From Ostrea edulis (taxonomy: Eukaryota), in contig NC_079164.1 of NCBI RefSeq assembly GCF_947568905.1, forward strand, positions 59,830,001-59,894,000: a DNA stretch of 64,000 nt, read 5' to 3'. This document shows positions 10,958-23,670 of this stretch, in pieces. How positions within the stretch are numbered: position 1 is the stretch's first letter; each line of letters starts with the position of its first letter. The notes beneath the pieces were generated by a model that saw only the letters and a list, made by a program, of their open reading frames with translations, was not told the DNA's origin and searched no databases. Both the position numbers and the translations under genes were made by a program.

Positions 10958-11005
<48 letters not shown>
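10956..11005. repeat. (TA)n microsatellite abutting the 5' truncation of the PLE fragment
   Basis: Direct inspection. Confidence 0.95.
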
Positions 11006-11009
<4 letters not shown>

Positions 11010-12424
11010 CTGAAATATTCAAGACAAACTGCCTGAGGGGCCGTAAGCGTAGGTACTAGCAGGAACTGATCGTTGATTATTATGTGATCATTTTGGATTA
11101 TATATATATATATATATTATTATTATTATTATATTAACTACACTTTATATGGAACTGCTTATAAACCATCAGTGACGTCAATGTTTTGTTTTCTGCATTG
11201 TCAAAGTTACCATCCATGCTGACCCGCCTGTAAAATGACATGTTTACTTTCGAAAAGTACATATGTTTAAATCATGTCACGTTTATTTATTTTGTTTTCA
11301 GAATACCGTGAATACTTTCATGATTACAGAAACACTTGTCATTCTATTCGTAAAAAGAGCGCTCTACCAACATGGTCTCTGAGCATTATGAAACGTAACA
11401 GAGCTTTCAATGGACTATACTAAAAACAAATCCTCGCCTCTGTCTAAATAGAAATTCACTTTGTCTTGGATCAGTGACTTGCATGTTCAGCAGACTAATC
11501 AGAGGGAGTATTTGAATCAAACTTGGCCAGCTTATGATTGCCTTTACCACGTGATCTAAAGGCACATGCATGCGCAGAACGACAATATTCAATATTTTTA
11601 GAAATGCAGTCCTCGCCTTTTTATCGTGGTTTACTAGTATCTACATAGTACCTACTATTTGTTTTCGGTGTCAAAATGGTTTTAAATTAATTTTGTGACA
11701 CTGCCCAGAACCTTCTAGGATGGAAACATGTTGACTTTTAATCTTTTTGTGTCAAAGTCCGAGGTTGTTGACTCATTCTTATTTCTTGTGTCATTTCCAT
11801 AGAAAAATTACTTATTGTCCAACATGTAACTCGAGCATGTGTTTACCTGGCCGCTTTGGCCCGCGGCCGCTCCAAATGTCATATTCTTCACAGTCGTCCA
11901 TTTTATGCAAATGTTGAATACGTATTCGGTAACATAACACCCTGCTTGAGGATTTTCGTCTAGTTGGGCGACCTTGCGTCGACTGTGGTTTGTTCTTTCT
12001 CAGTGAAAAGCGCAATGGAGTGAGAAAGATGAAGCGGAATTGTCCGAGATCTTCGCGCACCTGCATCCACTGTCCCCTGGGCTGTCATTCCAGCCGTCTG
12101 CTGGACAGTGGTCATTGACACCGAGTCCGACCTTGGCGACTTTCCAAATGACAATCTTGTAATGCGGAGTACATCTGTCCCCATTTTTACGCTGAGAAAA
12201 TGCATGTACGTTGTTGAAAATGTCGGTATGGTTAATGTTTCTGCTTACTGTCTTCCTGGAGAGAAATGCTTGATCCTTCAAAGGATAGTAAAAAATGATT
12301 AAACTTGCCTATTTCATGCTGTTTCGGTTGCAAAATTCTAAGAGCTGAGATTATTTTCTGGGTCCTGCATGTGTTTTCTAGATCTTTGTTGTGTTGTAAT
12401 GTTTGACTACAAATTCATCTATCA

Positions 12425-12575
12425 TCATTGTTTATTGGTTTGTTACTTCCATCCTCATTGGCTACGAATTCGTTATATCTATATTCATTGTACATGAGTT
12501 TGTTGCATCCATCTTCATAGACTATGAGTTTGTTACATCCATTCTCATTGGATATGATTTTGTTACATCCATCCT
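12425..12575. repeat. Degenerate 30-bp tandem repeat, ~5 copies
   Basis: TTTGTT(A/G)CATCCAT.CTCAT(T/A)G recurs every 30 bp. Confidence 0.75.
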
Positions 12576-12809
12576 TTTTAGCTAAGATATTACGATCTAT
12601 TCGTTTGGAAAACATAACAGAAAATGAGGTTACGTATGCGGTATGATTGAAATACAATTGAGTACAAGGCAAGGAATGTTAGTGTTGGTTCAAGAAGTTC
12701 CAACCAAGTCTTGCAATATACGGTAAAAAAAAAACACACACACACATAAAACTTACGCAGTTACAGGCTTCCTTTATTTATTTTTTTTATACATACAATG
12801 TATGTATTG

Positions 12810-14150
12810 TATAAAGCTACGCTATTTTAAATGAAGCTAAATTGTATTATACATTTGTAAACAAATTAAAACTACCTGTTTTATGCATACTAGTATTCAA
12901 ATCAACTTAAACTGCTGTATACTTATGTATAAAGGTAAACTGTTATATATAAAGTTAAACTGTTTCATACATTGTATAAAGCTAAACTGTTATATATAAC
13001 ATTATAGATAATATAAAGATTTTTGAATATGTTCAGAAATATATTATAGAAAGCAAAAGATTCTAAAAATGCATTTAATACCTGTGTATTTGTTATGTGT
13101 GTCTATTTTTATCATGTTTGAGTCGGTACTCTCAAGTTTTTCCCCCCCTGTTGTACTTATTCGTTTTTCTTTCATTATTTTTATCTAATTTCATTTTTTC
13201 TCTTTTGTATGTCATTTAGATCCCATTAACCACCCACATTTCTATTTTGTTATCCTATTATTCATATCAAGAAATCAATACTTATATAATCATTATATTT
13301 GGAATGACTTATTATCCTTTTACTTCATATCTATATTGTAATTTCTTGTGTGTATGATTATGTGGACTTTACCTTGTACCTTAAAGGAGAAGGCTTATAC
13401 ATACATATGTAGGCATTGCCTGCTGCCTAATCCTTATTATGTTTTTCATAATAAAATACTGTTTAAATTAAACCATCTCGTACATATGTATAAAGCTTAA
13501 CTTTTATCAGAAAGAGAACATTTACTAGAAAATGTATTGGATCTGTTAGACCTTGAAGAATATGTTAATTTTGAGAGCCAAAGTTTTGAAACACAATATC
13601 TTTCTCTTTTGGGATGTATGAATGGTACTAGTTTTGGAAATTGGTCTCGTGATAAATGGAAAAAAGTAATTCAAATTGTTTCTAATTACGTTTTCAAATT
13701 GAAAAATCTCTTTATGTATGATTGTCGTAAAATGTAACTTTATACATATATAATGATGTTTGTTTGTTCCTGTTCATATTTAATTGTATAATGTTCTAGC
13801 TGTCAACTACTCATATCTCTCCAGTACCGGTACCTTGAAGGAAATAAAGAATATCTTATCTTATATAAAGCTGAAAAGTTTTTTATATATGGAAAAATCT
13901 AAACTGTTTCATACATATGTATAAAGCTAAACTATTATATATAAAGCTAAACTGTTACATACATACGTGTGTGTATAAAGCTAAATCGTTTTATATAAAG
14001 CTAAACTATCATATATAAACTAAACTGTTATACATAAAGTTAAACTGTTTCATATATACATTGTATGTATAAAGCTAAACTGTTATATATAGAGTTAAAC
14101 TGTTTCATACATTGTATAAAGCTAAACTGTTATATATAAAGTTAAATCGT
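12810..14150. repeat. Patchy ~20-bp repeat (TATAAAGCTAAACTGTTATA) in blocks at ~12810-13000 and ~13865-14150, split by LINE tails
   Basis: Recurrent AAAG(C/T)TAAACTGTT motif on both sides of 13005-13860. Confidence 0.75.
13015..13460 (+). mobile_element. 3' tail of a CR1-like LINE
   Basis: Encodes IFEYVQKYIIESKRF*, matching the decayed ...SSKRF* end of the CR1 copy near 36940. A pyrimidine-rich UTR follows, ending near AATAAA (~13450). Confidence 0.55.
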
Positions 14151-14270
14151 TAAACTAAAACATATTGTCTAAATACTGTAGACAAACTGTTTAATACAAT
14201 GTACATTAGTTACTGTTTTGAAAAAAGAAGTCTTATGATGATAACTGCGATAGTTAAAACAATGACTGCA

Positions 14271-14903
14271 GTGATCAAATACTGATCTTGTTCAAATAGC
14301 TGTGATCAAATACTGATCTTGTTCAAATAGCTGTGATCAAATACTGATCTTGTTCAAATAGCTGTGATCAAATACTGATCTTGTTCAAATAGCTGCGGTG
14401 TGGTGATCAAACAATAATCGTATTCAAAGTATTGTGGTGATCGAACAATAATCTTATTCATATTATTGTGGTGATCAAACAATAATCTTATTCATATTAT
14501 TGTGGTGATCGAACAATAATCTTATTCATATTATTGTGGTGATCGAACAATAATCTTATTCATATTATTGTGGTGATCGAACAATAATCTTATTCATATT
14601 ATTGTGGTGATCGAACAATAATCTTATTCATATTATTGTGGTGATCGAACAATAATCTTATTCATATTATTGTGGTGATCGAACAATAATCTTATTCATG
14701 TTATTGTGGTGATCGAACAATAATCTTATTCATATTATTGTGGTGATCGAACAATAATCTTATTCATATTATTGTGGTGATCAAACAATAATCTTATTCA
14801 TATTATTGTGGTGATCAAACAATAATCTTATTCATATTATTGTGGTAATCGAACAATAATCTTATTCATATTATTGTGGTGATCGAACAATAATCTTATT
14901 CAG
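14271..14903. repeat. Minisatellite: 4 x 31 bp (GTGATCAAATACTGATCTTGTTCAAATAGCT) then ~15 x related 34 bp (TGTGGTGATCGAACAATAATCTTATTCATATTAT)
   Basis: Periods measured directly (14271/14302; 14467/14501). Confidence 0.95.
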
Positions 14904-14909
14904 ATAACT

Positions 14910-16700
14910 GTTGTGTCACACTTATCTTCTTAAGTCACTTGAGTAAACTCAGTGGTCCGTCTTGCGTTAACAATTGAACATTTTCAACTTCTTGATAATT
15001 ACCATTCCAATTTTTTTAATTGGGTATGAAGAATCATTGAGAAAAGGGGGATATAAATTGTAAATTTCAGGACCCCAGCACCCCTGGGGCCTTAGGGGCG
15101 GTACAAAAACTGCCAAAAATTGACCAATTTTCAAAACCCTTCTTTACAACCACACATCTTATGTAGAGCAGGAAGTTTTCTACCAAAATCTTAAATTGCA
15201 TGATCCCTGGGTGCAAACGTTTTAACTCCAAGACGGGGCCAAACTTGGTATATAGTGTTTATGTGTTAAACATTTTTAAAAAAAAAAAAAACATCTTTAG
15301 TGCTATTGATACTACATTGAAACTAAATAGATATTTAGAATGAGCAGGTACGCCTCTACCCAGGGGATTTTGTTATGGTATCAGGGTGGGGCCAAAATGG
15401 TCAGTGATTAATGAATGAACATTTTTAAAGCAATATTACACTGTACCACTATTTTGAAAAGGTTATTTTGTAGTGAAAATGTGCTATCATCATAGTTTTA
15501 TATGTAACTTTAACCATAATCATTAATAAGACTAAAATCAAGTTAAAGATTTTATCAAAATAAAGATTTCGGTTATATTAAATATATAGCACTATAGAGA
15601 AATCATCTTTGTTCGAGAGGACATGAATGTTTCGCTTCTTTCAGAGCCTGTGAATAGGTTTTATTACTAACATATTTAGTTTGTAAACCGTAATTTTTTC
15701 TGTCATAAAAATAACAAATCACAATTTTACAAGGAAAAAACATCCAGCACCAAAATTAAAGCTAACGTTGATTTAACTTCTTCTTGATAACTACCATACT
15801 AATTCTTTTCAAATTTAGCATGAATCAGATTTGGAACAAGGGGAAAATTGTAAATTCCAGTAATCCTGCACCCATGGGGGTTTAGGGGTTGTGCGAAAAC
15901 TCCCCAAAATTTACAAATTTTCAAAACCCTTCTTTTCTACAAATGCAAATCTTTGCCTCTACCAAAATTTCATGATCCCCTGGGTAGAGGTTCTATCTCC
16001 AGGGCAGTGCTTAACTTGGTCCATGTATATAGTGTTTATGAGTAAAACATTTACATAAAATCTTTAAAGCTATTGAACTAAATTGAAGCTAAATGGATAT
16101 TTAGAAGGAGCAGATAGCCTTCTACAAAAATTATATATGAAATTCGTGATCCCGGGGGTAGGGGTTTTGGTATCAGGGTGGGGCCAAACTGTTATAGCGA
16201 TTGAATGTTTGTGTTGATTGAACATCTTTAACTTCTTGATAACTACCTTTCCAATTATTCTCAAATTAGGTATGAAGCATATTCGAGACAAGAGAGCATA
16301 AGTATTGCAGGAATCCTGCACCCTGGGACCTTAGGGGGCAAAAACTGACAGAAATTGACCAATTTTCAAAATCCTTCTTCTTCACAACCTCACATCTGTA
16401 AGAAAAACTCGATGTATAGCCATGTAGAACAGGAAGACCTTGTAAATTTCATGATCCCTACGGTAGAGGTTCAGACTCCAGACCAAGCCCAAACTTGGTA
16501 TGTGTTTATGTGTAAAACATTTAGGTAACATCTTTAATCCTATTGAATCTAAATGGATATGAGCAGGTACATGTAACTCTTTACCGAAATTGTAAATTAC
16601 ATGATTCCAAGTGTAGGTGTTTTGGTACCGGGGTGGGGCCAAAATTATTATAAGGTTGTTTATCAATTGAAAGACCTTTTTAGATCTGCTAATACTGTGT
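14910..16700. mobile_element. Helentron/HINE-type element with degenerate Cg170-like (~165-bp) satellite monomers
   Basis: Stem-loop end AGTCACTTGAGTAAACTCAGTGG...GCGTTAACAATT at ~14932-14972. Repeated CTACCAAAAT/TGTAAATTTCATGATCCC...GGGTGGGGCCAAA blocks resemble oyster Cg170. Confidence 0.65.
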
Positions 16701-16709
16701 AAAAACGAA

Positions 16710-17355
16710 ATGCATATGTAGGAAAAGCAGAAAGGAAAGGAATGTAACAAGAGAATTCCGGAACCTTAAGTTTCTGACTCTAGGGCGGGTCCAAAATATA
16801 GAAAAACAGAAAGGAATGAACCAGAATTTTGAATTTAACCCCCCGAGTTCTGACTCTGAACAACACTTCACCTGAAGTATGGATACTACCCCCCCCCCTT
16901 TTTTTTTAATAATTTCTCTTTTTTTGCGGTGATTATTTCTCTGGAGTGTGTATACCGGTGGAAGGCCAATCTCTATAGCTTACAAAAAGCGTGAAACGAT
17001 TACATAAATCGAAAGAGAGATGAGATAGGCAGGGAATCGACACATTTCGGAGAAATTATCGCGGCAAAAATATCAAAAAAGGGGTGTGGTGGGGGTTAAG
17101 CAGTATCCATACTTCAGGTGCCTGGCCTTTGTCTAGGACAGATCCTAAAAATTCATACAGTGTTATATTTAACATACTGGTGTATCATTTTTTGCATCAC
17201 CGGATACTTTCGTTATTTCCAACCAATGAAAATCATCCTTACTTTAATAGTACGCTGTTGCATCATATCACCCATAATGCAATTATTGCACATACATCAC
17301 AAGACTATTGAACATACATTACAAGATATTGAACATACATCACAAGATTATCGCA
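16710..17355 (-). mobile_element. Third copy of the 21-mer-bearing element, with an internal 19-bp inverted repeat
   Basis: Homologous to 7895-8455. CACCTGAAGTATGGATACT (16869-16887) / AGTATCCATACTTCAGGTG (17102-17120). Confidence 0.75.
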
Positions 17356-18500
17356 CAAACACATGACGGGCGCGCGACGACAGACAAATGGGTCGCTTGA
17401 TTCTGATGCACGAACTAGGAATTGGTGCGGGTGAGATACTCGTAATTATACCATTTCATTATTGTAATTTGTCAGTTTTCAATACACCATGAACAGCTGA
17501 TGAAGTTATCATATGCATCAATAAATCAAGAGGAGTATAGAGAAAAATATTAAGTTCAAGTGTAAAATTCAAATCTGATATCTAATTATGTAGATGACAA
17601 TCCTGCAGCCCTCGATATACATGGAAGTTCCCGGGAAGACGATCGTTCCATTGTTTAAGTCTTCACGTGTCTGTCTCGAAGTTTAAAAGTTGAAATCGTC
17701 ACCATTAGGCGTGACCGGTTATTGGCCGGTGAAGAAGTCCCCTCTACATACAATACACTTGTTTTTTACATTGACCCGCGGTTGGCCTGACATGCACAAT
17801 TCGCAAAGTAAAATAATGAGATGGTTTTCCTATTCTCTGCGCAGTTGGCGTCTACACGCTCGTTTACATATTCTAAATGACTTGTCAGCTTCCAACAAAA
17901 ACCTGGAGTTGGGCGGCCCTCTGCTATTGTGTTTGTGAAAGAATATGTAATATTTTCTCTCACCAACTCTACGTGCACTTCAGATTCCCAGGATTCAAAT
18001 TCAGTGAGGACATTTTATTAAATGATGTATAAAAACTCTATCGCTACCTCAACATTTCACGTGAACAGAAAATATGCATGTGTAAATCGTTTTTGTTACA
18101 TATGATAGTTTGTTTAAATTCATTATCATTTTGGGATAGAGTGGGGTAAGGTTCAATCAATGATTTCAAATTTGTTATCAAATTTGANNNNNNNNNNNNN
18201 NNNNNNNNNNNNNNNNNNNNNNNNNNNNNNNNNNNNNNNNNNNNNNNNNNNNNNNNNNNNNNNNNNNNNNNNNNNNNNNNNNNNNNNNNNNNNNNNNNNN
18301 NNNNNNNNNNNNNNNNGTTTACCGGTAATTCGATCTGTATTCGGAATAGCCTAAGCTTACACGTTCTACACACAAACACTGTCGGTAGTCAATCGGAACA
18401 TCGCGATTTGACGGAATTTATAAAAAAAAAAAATAATAATAATAATAATAATAAAAAGACAGATACATAAGTTGTGTCGATACCGTGTGAAATATTATTA

Positions 18501-18606
18501 GTTATGTAGACACTTAGAGGGGTAATTAATACACCTCGCCCAATATAATTTTTTTCAAGGACCCCATATATTAATTCCGTATTACCCTTCTATGTGTCTA
18601 CATAAC
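18501..18606. mobile_element. 106-bp MITE-like foldback with 26-bp arms
   Basis: GTTATGTAGACACTTAGAGGGGTAAT vs reverse complement GTTATGTAGACACATAGAAGGGTAAT (24/26); no TSD seen. Confidence 0.55.
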
Positions 18607-19063
18607 GAATTCATCCTGTCGATGATTTTACATATACATTAATTAAAGGCATATTGACATTATTCATTCTTAATGCTTTTCTGATGTACATATACAATTG
18701 TCATGATAAATGACTTGCACTGTGTGTATTCTTGAGGTACTTTATCAAAAGTACACCAATGAAAAAGTGGCTGCAACATTTAAACCATCAACAAAGGTAT
18801 AAAAACAAGTTTTTTAACAAACTGTTAATTCAAAAATGAATTAATTTGTTTCGTATACCTATGACGTCATAATATGCGCTGACTCCAGTGACATGGTATA
18901 TGTATTATCATGACGTCATAGTACACATACATGTATGTGGTCAATAAATCACGTGGAAGGGGGAATAAAAAAAATCACGTTAGTAAGAGACATAACATCG
19001 TTGTATGTAGTATTGGTTTCTGCCAATGAAATTCCAAGATTTTTATCAAAGGCATGAGGATAG

Positions 19064-19715
19064 TGACGTTATAAAGCTAGATTGTAGTGTTATATCGTCA
19101 CTTTGACGTGAAATAATGACGCTATAAAACTAGATTGTAGTGTTATATCGTCACTTTGACGCGAAATAATGACGTTATAAAGCTAGATTGTAGTGTTATA
19201 TCGTCACTTTGACGTGAAATAATGACGTTATAAAGCTAAATTGTAGTGTTATATCGTCACTTTGACGTGAAATAATGACGTTATAAAGCTAGATTGTAGT
19301 GTTATATCGCCACTTTGACGTGAAATAATGACGTTATAAAGCTAGATTGTAGTGTTATATCGTCACTTTGACGTGAAATAATGACGTTATAAAGCTAGAT
19401 TGTTTAAGAAATGAACAGCAATTTTGAGCTGTTCATGGTCAGTATATACGGATTTGGATTTGAGGCTCTCTCAGTCGCGTGCTTTAAGCAAGTTCATAAT
19501 CCGTTCATAGTCAATGTGAACGGATTGTGTCGCGCGCCGAAATTGGTTGGTTCTTAGAGGAAAATGTGATTTGCAATATAAATATAGTGTTATATCGTCA
19601 CTTTGACGTGAAATAATGATGTTATAAAGCTAGATTGTAGTGTTATATCGCCACTTTGACGTGAAATAATGACGTTATAAAGCTAGATTGTAGTGTTATA
19701 TCGTCACTTTGACGT
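19064..19715. repeat. 53-bp minisatellite (TGACGTTATAAAGCTAGATTGTAGTGTTATATCGTCACTTTGACGTGAAATAA), ~9 units, interrupted at 19403-19584
   Basis: Period 53 (19064, 19117, 19170...). Confidence 0.95.
19403..19584. mobile_element. 182-bp TSD-less insertion with two hairpins (Crypton- or Helitron-type non-autonomous element)
   Basis: Splits a 53-mer exactly at GATTG|TAGTG. Hairpins ATGAACAGC-8nt-GCTGTTCAT near the left end and AATCCGTTCA-9nt-TGAACGGATT (19498-19526). Confidence 0.65.
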
Positions 19716-19721
19716 TACAAT

Positions 19722-20525
19722 TTCACATAGAAGTTTACGTTCATCTAGATTAGTACCACTCCACATAGAAGTTTATATTCATATAGATAATTAGTACAAC
19801 TCCACATAGAAGGTTTTATTATACCTATATAGATGTTAAGTGAATAAATTTGCTATTTCTTCTGGATAACGCTGTCTGTCGAAACTATTTACCGGATGCT
19901 ATATTTTCCCACGTTTTCTTTTCTGTGACGTCAAAGTCTGATAACTCTAATTATAGTTTACCACTCGGATCACCTCGGTCAATTCCATCTAGGCTAATAC
20001 CGTATGTTAGTTTACTTCACTTTGGTATGTCTGACACAAGTAAAGTCTACTTCGGTATAATAAAACACCTATTTACTGACTATTCGGACAATTTAGCAAG
20101 TTTATTGTCCCCCTCGACAGCAACTATTTCCCTCGGTTGCGCCTCGGGAAATAGTTGCTGTCTTGGGGGACAATAAACTTGTTATTGTCCTCATAGCCAC
20201 TAAATAGGTGTATAGTATTCATCTAGATAATTAGTACAACTCCACATAGAAGTTTATATCCATATAGATAATTAGTACAATTCCTCATAGAAGTTTATAT
20301 CCATATAGATAATTAGTACAATTCCACATAGAAATTTATATCCATATAGATAATTAGTACAATTCCACATAGAAATTTATATCCATATAGATAATTAGTA
20401 CAATTCCACATAGAAATTTATATACGATATAGATAATTAGTACAATTCCACATAGAAATTTATATCCATATAGATAATTAGTACAACTCCACATAGAAGT
20501 TTATATTCATATAGATGATTAGTAC
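19722..20525. repeat. 41-bp minisatellite (TCCACATAGAAGTTTATATTCATATAGATAATTAGTACAAC) interrupted by 19813-20213
   Basis: Period 41 (20282/20323). Confidence 0.9.
19813..20213. mobile_element. Non-autonomous element ending in a 147-bp imperfect palindrome (Crypton-like)
   Basis: 13-bp perfect IR GTTTTATTATACC (19813-19825) / GGTATAATAAAAC (20054-20066). Palindrome 20065-20211 centred on CCTCGG-TTGCG-CCTCGGG. Confidence 0.6.
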
Positions 20526-20899
20526 TAATAAAGAAATGAAGCCAAGTTTGATTTCCTACTATATTACTGGGGCGGAGGTTATATCAAATATGGAAGTAAA
20601 GAAATGAAGTCTTGTTTTGATTAGTAATATATGACAGGGGGTATGTAAAATATGGAAGCATGAAGTCCATGTAATATCTGCATAATTGGCTTCCATTATT
20701 TATGAACCTCATTCAAAATTGTTCGATGTTTTGGTAAACAAAGATTATGATTTAATTCGGGACGCATGGAGTTTGAAAAAAAAAATCTCGTAGATTTTCA
20801 GAGCTCATACCATTAAAAGTTTTTTTTTACAATAGAATACACGTAATTACTTCACATTTAACCATCTTTAGTCTAACTTTTCAAACAAGGATTTCGATG

Positions 20900-21390
20900 G
20901 CTTTGGTCATGGTTTCTGATTATGATATTTGTATAATGTTATTGGAAAGAATTTTTGTATGTGTGTATCAACAAATTCTTAAAAATTATCCAAAGGATTT
21001 TAATTAACAAGGTATATTAAACTATTTTTTCTGTATAAGAATTGAGAAAACGTCATCAGACACGGATAGAAGACGCAACGTTAAATTTTGCACTCGCAAA
21101 ACATGACAACTTTTCTACTTCATATCACAATTCAAATACACGTTAATTGTAAATAGTGTTTGAATATGATATTTGTATGATGTTTTTGAAAAGAATTTTG
21201 TGTGTGTGTGTGTTAATAACGTTTTAAAAATTATCCAAAGCAATTTAATTAACAAGGTATATTGAACTATTTTTTCTGAATAAGAATTGAGAAAACGTCA
21301 TCAGACACAGGTTAAAGACGCAACGTTAAATCTTGCACTCGCAAAACATGCCAAATTTGCTACTTCATATCACAATAAATATACGTAATA
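20900..21390. repeat. Degenerate 245-bp tandem dimer
   Basis: GAATTGAGAAAACGTCATCAGACAC...GACGCAACGTTAAAT.TTGCACTCGCAAAACATG is repeated with period 245 (21051/21296). Confidence 0.85.
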
Positions 21391-23164
21391 CATGGATATA
21401 ATTACTATATATAGAAAGTACACACCCTATATAGTATTAGGGCATAAAATTACCAACTTCTGATAATAGGCCAAAATTGATCCTCAGTGTACCTTCTCCT
21501 TGGGCATGTATTCCTAAATATTGATCTTCTTGATATGAAATAGAAAAGAACTTGTAAAGAATATAATCCATCCCCATTCAAAAAGAAATGTTATTGTTAA
21601 AGATAAATTGGACATTACATTCATGATTGGTTAAAGAAGTCTGTATTTAATATGAATAACGGAGAAAAATGTCCCTAACGCTGGGGAGTTCAATGTATGC
21701 AATCATTTATCTATTTTGAATATTTTTCTCCGATTTTTGTCCTCCGACAATTTGATTCTTTTCTGTTAAATTAAACGTACAGTCTTTATTCTTTTGAAAT
21801 TTGATTTTTCCCTTCGTATCTATACCACTGTTTGTTCAAAGTATTCCATATAACTCATATCATAGTCTCTATCATCATTATTTCTCATTCTATGCGTTTA
21901 AAAAAGGGGGAACTGGTATGCACGGAATTGGAATCAATAAATATCGGGATTAACAGCTTTATAATAGTTTCTGGTCATGAGCCAGTTTGCTATATTCAGC
22001 TCGTTTCCTGTTTAAAGCTTTGCTATTATCAACCGGAACTATATACCTTGTTGTGACATGCGTGTCATCAATGTGCATTATTGCTTCCGGGTCATTGTGA
22101 TCTCAAGAAGGTCAGACAGTCCTGCTTCGGTAGATGGATTTTTTTTCACAGTTGCTTGGATAAATTTTGAACTTAATTGAAAGTTTATATATATTGAAAC
22201 GTGGTAAAATACTTAGTGACGCCCAAAAAAATGCAGAAATAAAAATAATTTAATATTGATTTTTATGCTATTTACATAAAACATCGAAGAGAAATTGATT
22301 TAACTTATTCCATCAATAAATAGATAAGGTTTTTCCTATGTACATCTCTACTTCTTCCGTTTATTTCTAATTCTGTTAAACCTTTTTTAATACAACCTTG
22401 TAGAAAACACATATGTGAATTCAGATGTGTGAGACATTATGTTAAAAAAAGTCCACTCGTTTGTTCAGTACCTTTATATATCTAAGCTGTGACCTTTATG
22501 CACGACTAGTAGCAGGTGCTCCCTCCATTGGCAGCCGACTGGTCACGTTAAGTGGCTCGAAAGAGATATGCATGTACGCGCAAATTCCAGGGAGAAGCTT
22601 GTGTAATCATCTCTTTATAAACAAATGCCCGCTTTTAGATACAGTGGTCAGTTTCGTAACTGGTCACTGACCGAAATGTTTATGCTTGAGTGTAAGAATG
22701 AATGACGCCATTACTGGACAGCAGCGGAAATGTCTGGTAATCGTCAAAAGTAGGTCATGCGTCTGAGTACCAGCCATTCAGCCATTCGGATTGAAGAAAA
22801 ACCTTCACTTATCTTAACCCTCGCCAGCAGTCAGACAGCTAGCGATGATGGACACCCGAACTGAGATGTATTTTCGGTTTTCTCAAGGACGGCCGATGAC
22901 ACCTGTCATATATACTCTTAACAATAAGCTAATTTTCATTTACATGCAGGTATACTTATATGTAAGTTTTTAGATCAAGGTTGTTGGCGGCCCTCGGCTA
23001 CCGTGTCAGAACATGCAGTAAACAGCATCAGATGCCAAACTATTAGATATGCTGGTGGGTGTTGGAGTGGTCATTTGTTATGATAAAGTTTCGTCGACCA
23101 AACAGATAGATTTAAAAGTGAAGTTTAGCGATGTACATATTTAGAGCTTGTCCATGTAGGATTA

Positions 23165-23670
23165 AAAGAATCTTTCATTAGTACGAGTGAGGGACAGAGA
23201 GATTTCACCGAGGGAACAAGATTCGCAGTCTGGGACGAGGCTTTGCAGAGTCCTAGACAGCTAATCTTGTTCCAGAGTTGGAATTTCCTTATCCCATACG
23301 AGTAAACAATGAAGGGTTATTTTCTCGCATTTTATCCACAGTTTAGTGCAATAAATTCAAGAGCTTCGAGAAAATTCTAAATTATCGAAATCCTCATTTG
23401 AAACTAATTAGACAGTCAGAAAAAGCATAACCAAAAATGATTTACACTATAAGTGTAAACTAAAAAAAAACCCAAGGTTGTCCACTAGAAAGCTATATCA
23501 AAATGAAATTTAAAGAAAACAATGTAAATTATCTTACTTCACCGTGTAACGTAAATCATAGATAATATGTGACATCACAATCAAATGACGTCGCAGCAGT
23601 GTGAGACAGAAAAATCTCACATAGTCACATGGGTAAAGCCGATCTCATACTGGTGATAATGTGAAAACAA
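23165..23670. mobile_element. Palindrome-terminated non-autonomous element (Crypton-like)
   Basis: GGAACAAGATTCGCAGTCTGGGAC / GTCCTAGACAGCTAATCTTGTTCC (21/24 inverted) within a larger imperfect palindrome; second hairpin-like end near 23600-23665. Confidence 0.4.

Noticed and set aside
20900-21390. Retrozyme-like 245-bp tandem with CTGATGA on the minus strand
   Set aside because: No stem II followed by GAAA and no stem I pairing; not a hammerhead.
22480-22890. GC-richer segment with a CAGTGGTCAGTT/AACTGGTCACTG hairpin
   Set aside because: No Pol III boxes, ORF or termini identifiable; cannot support a call.
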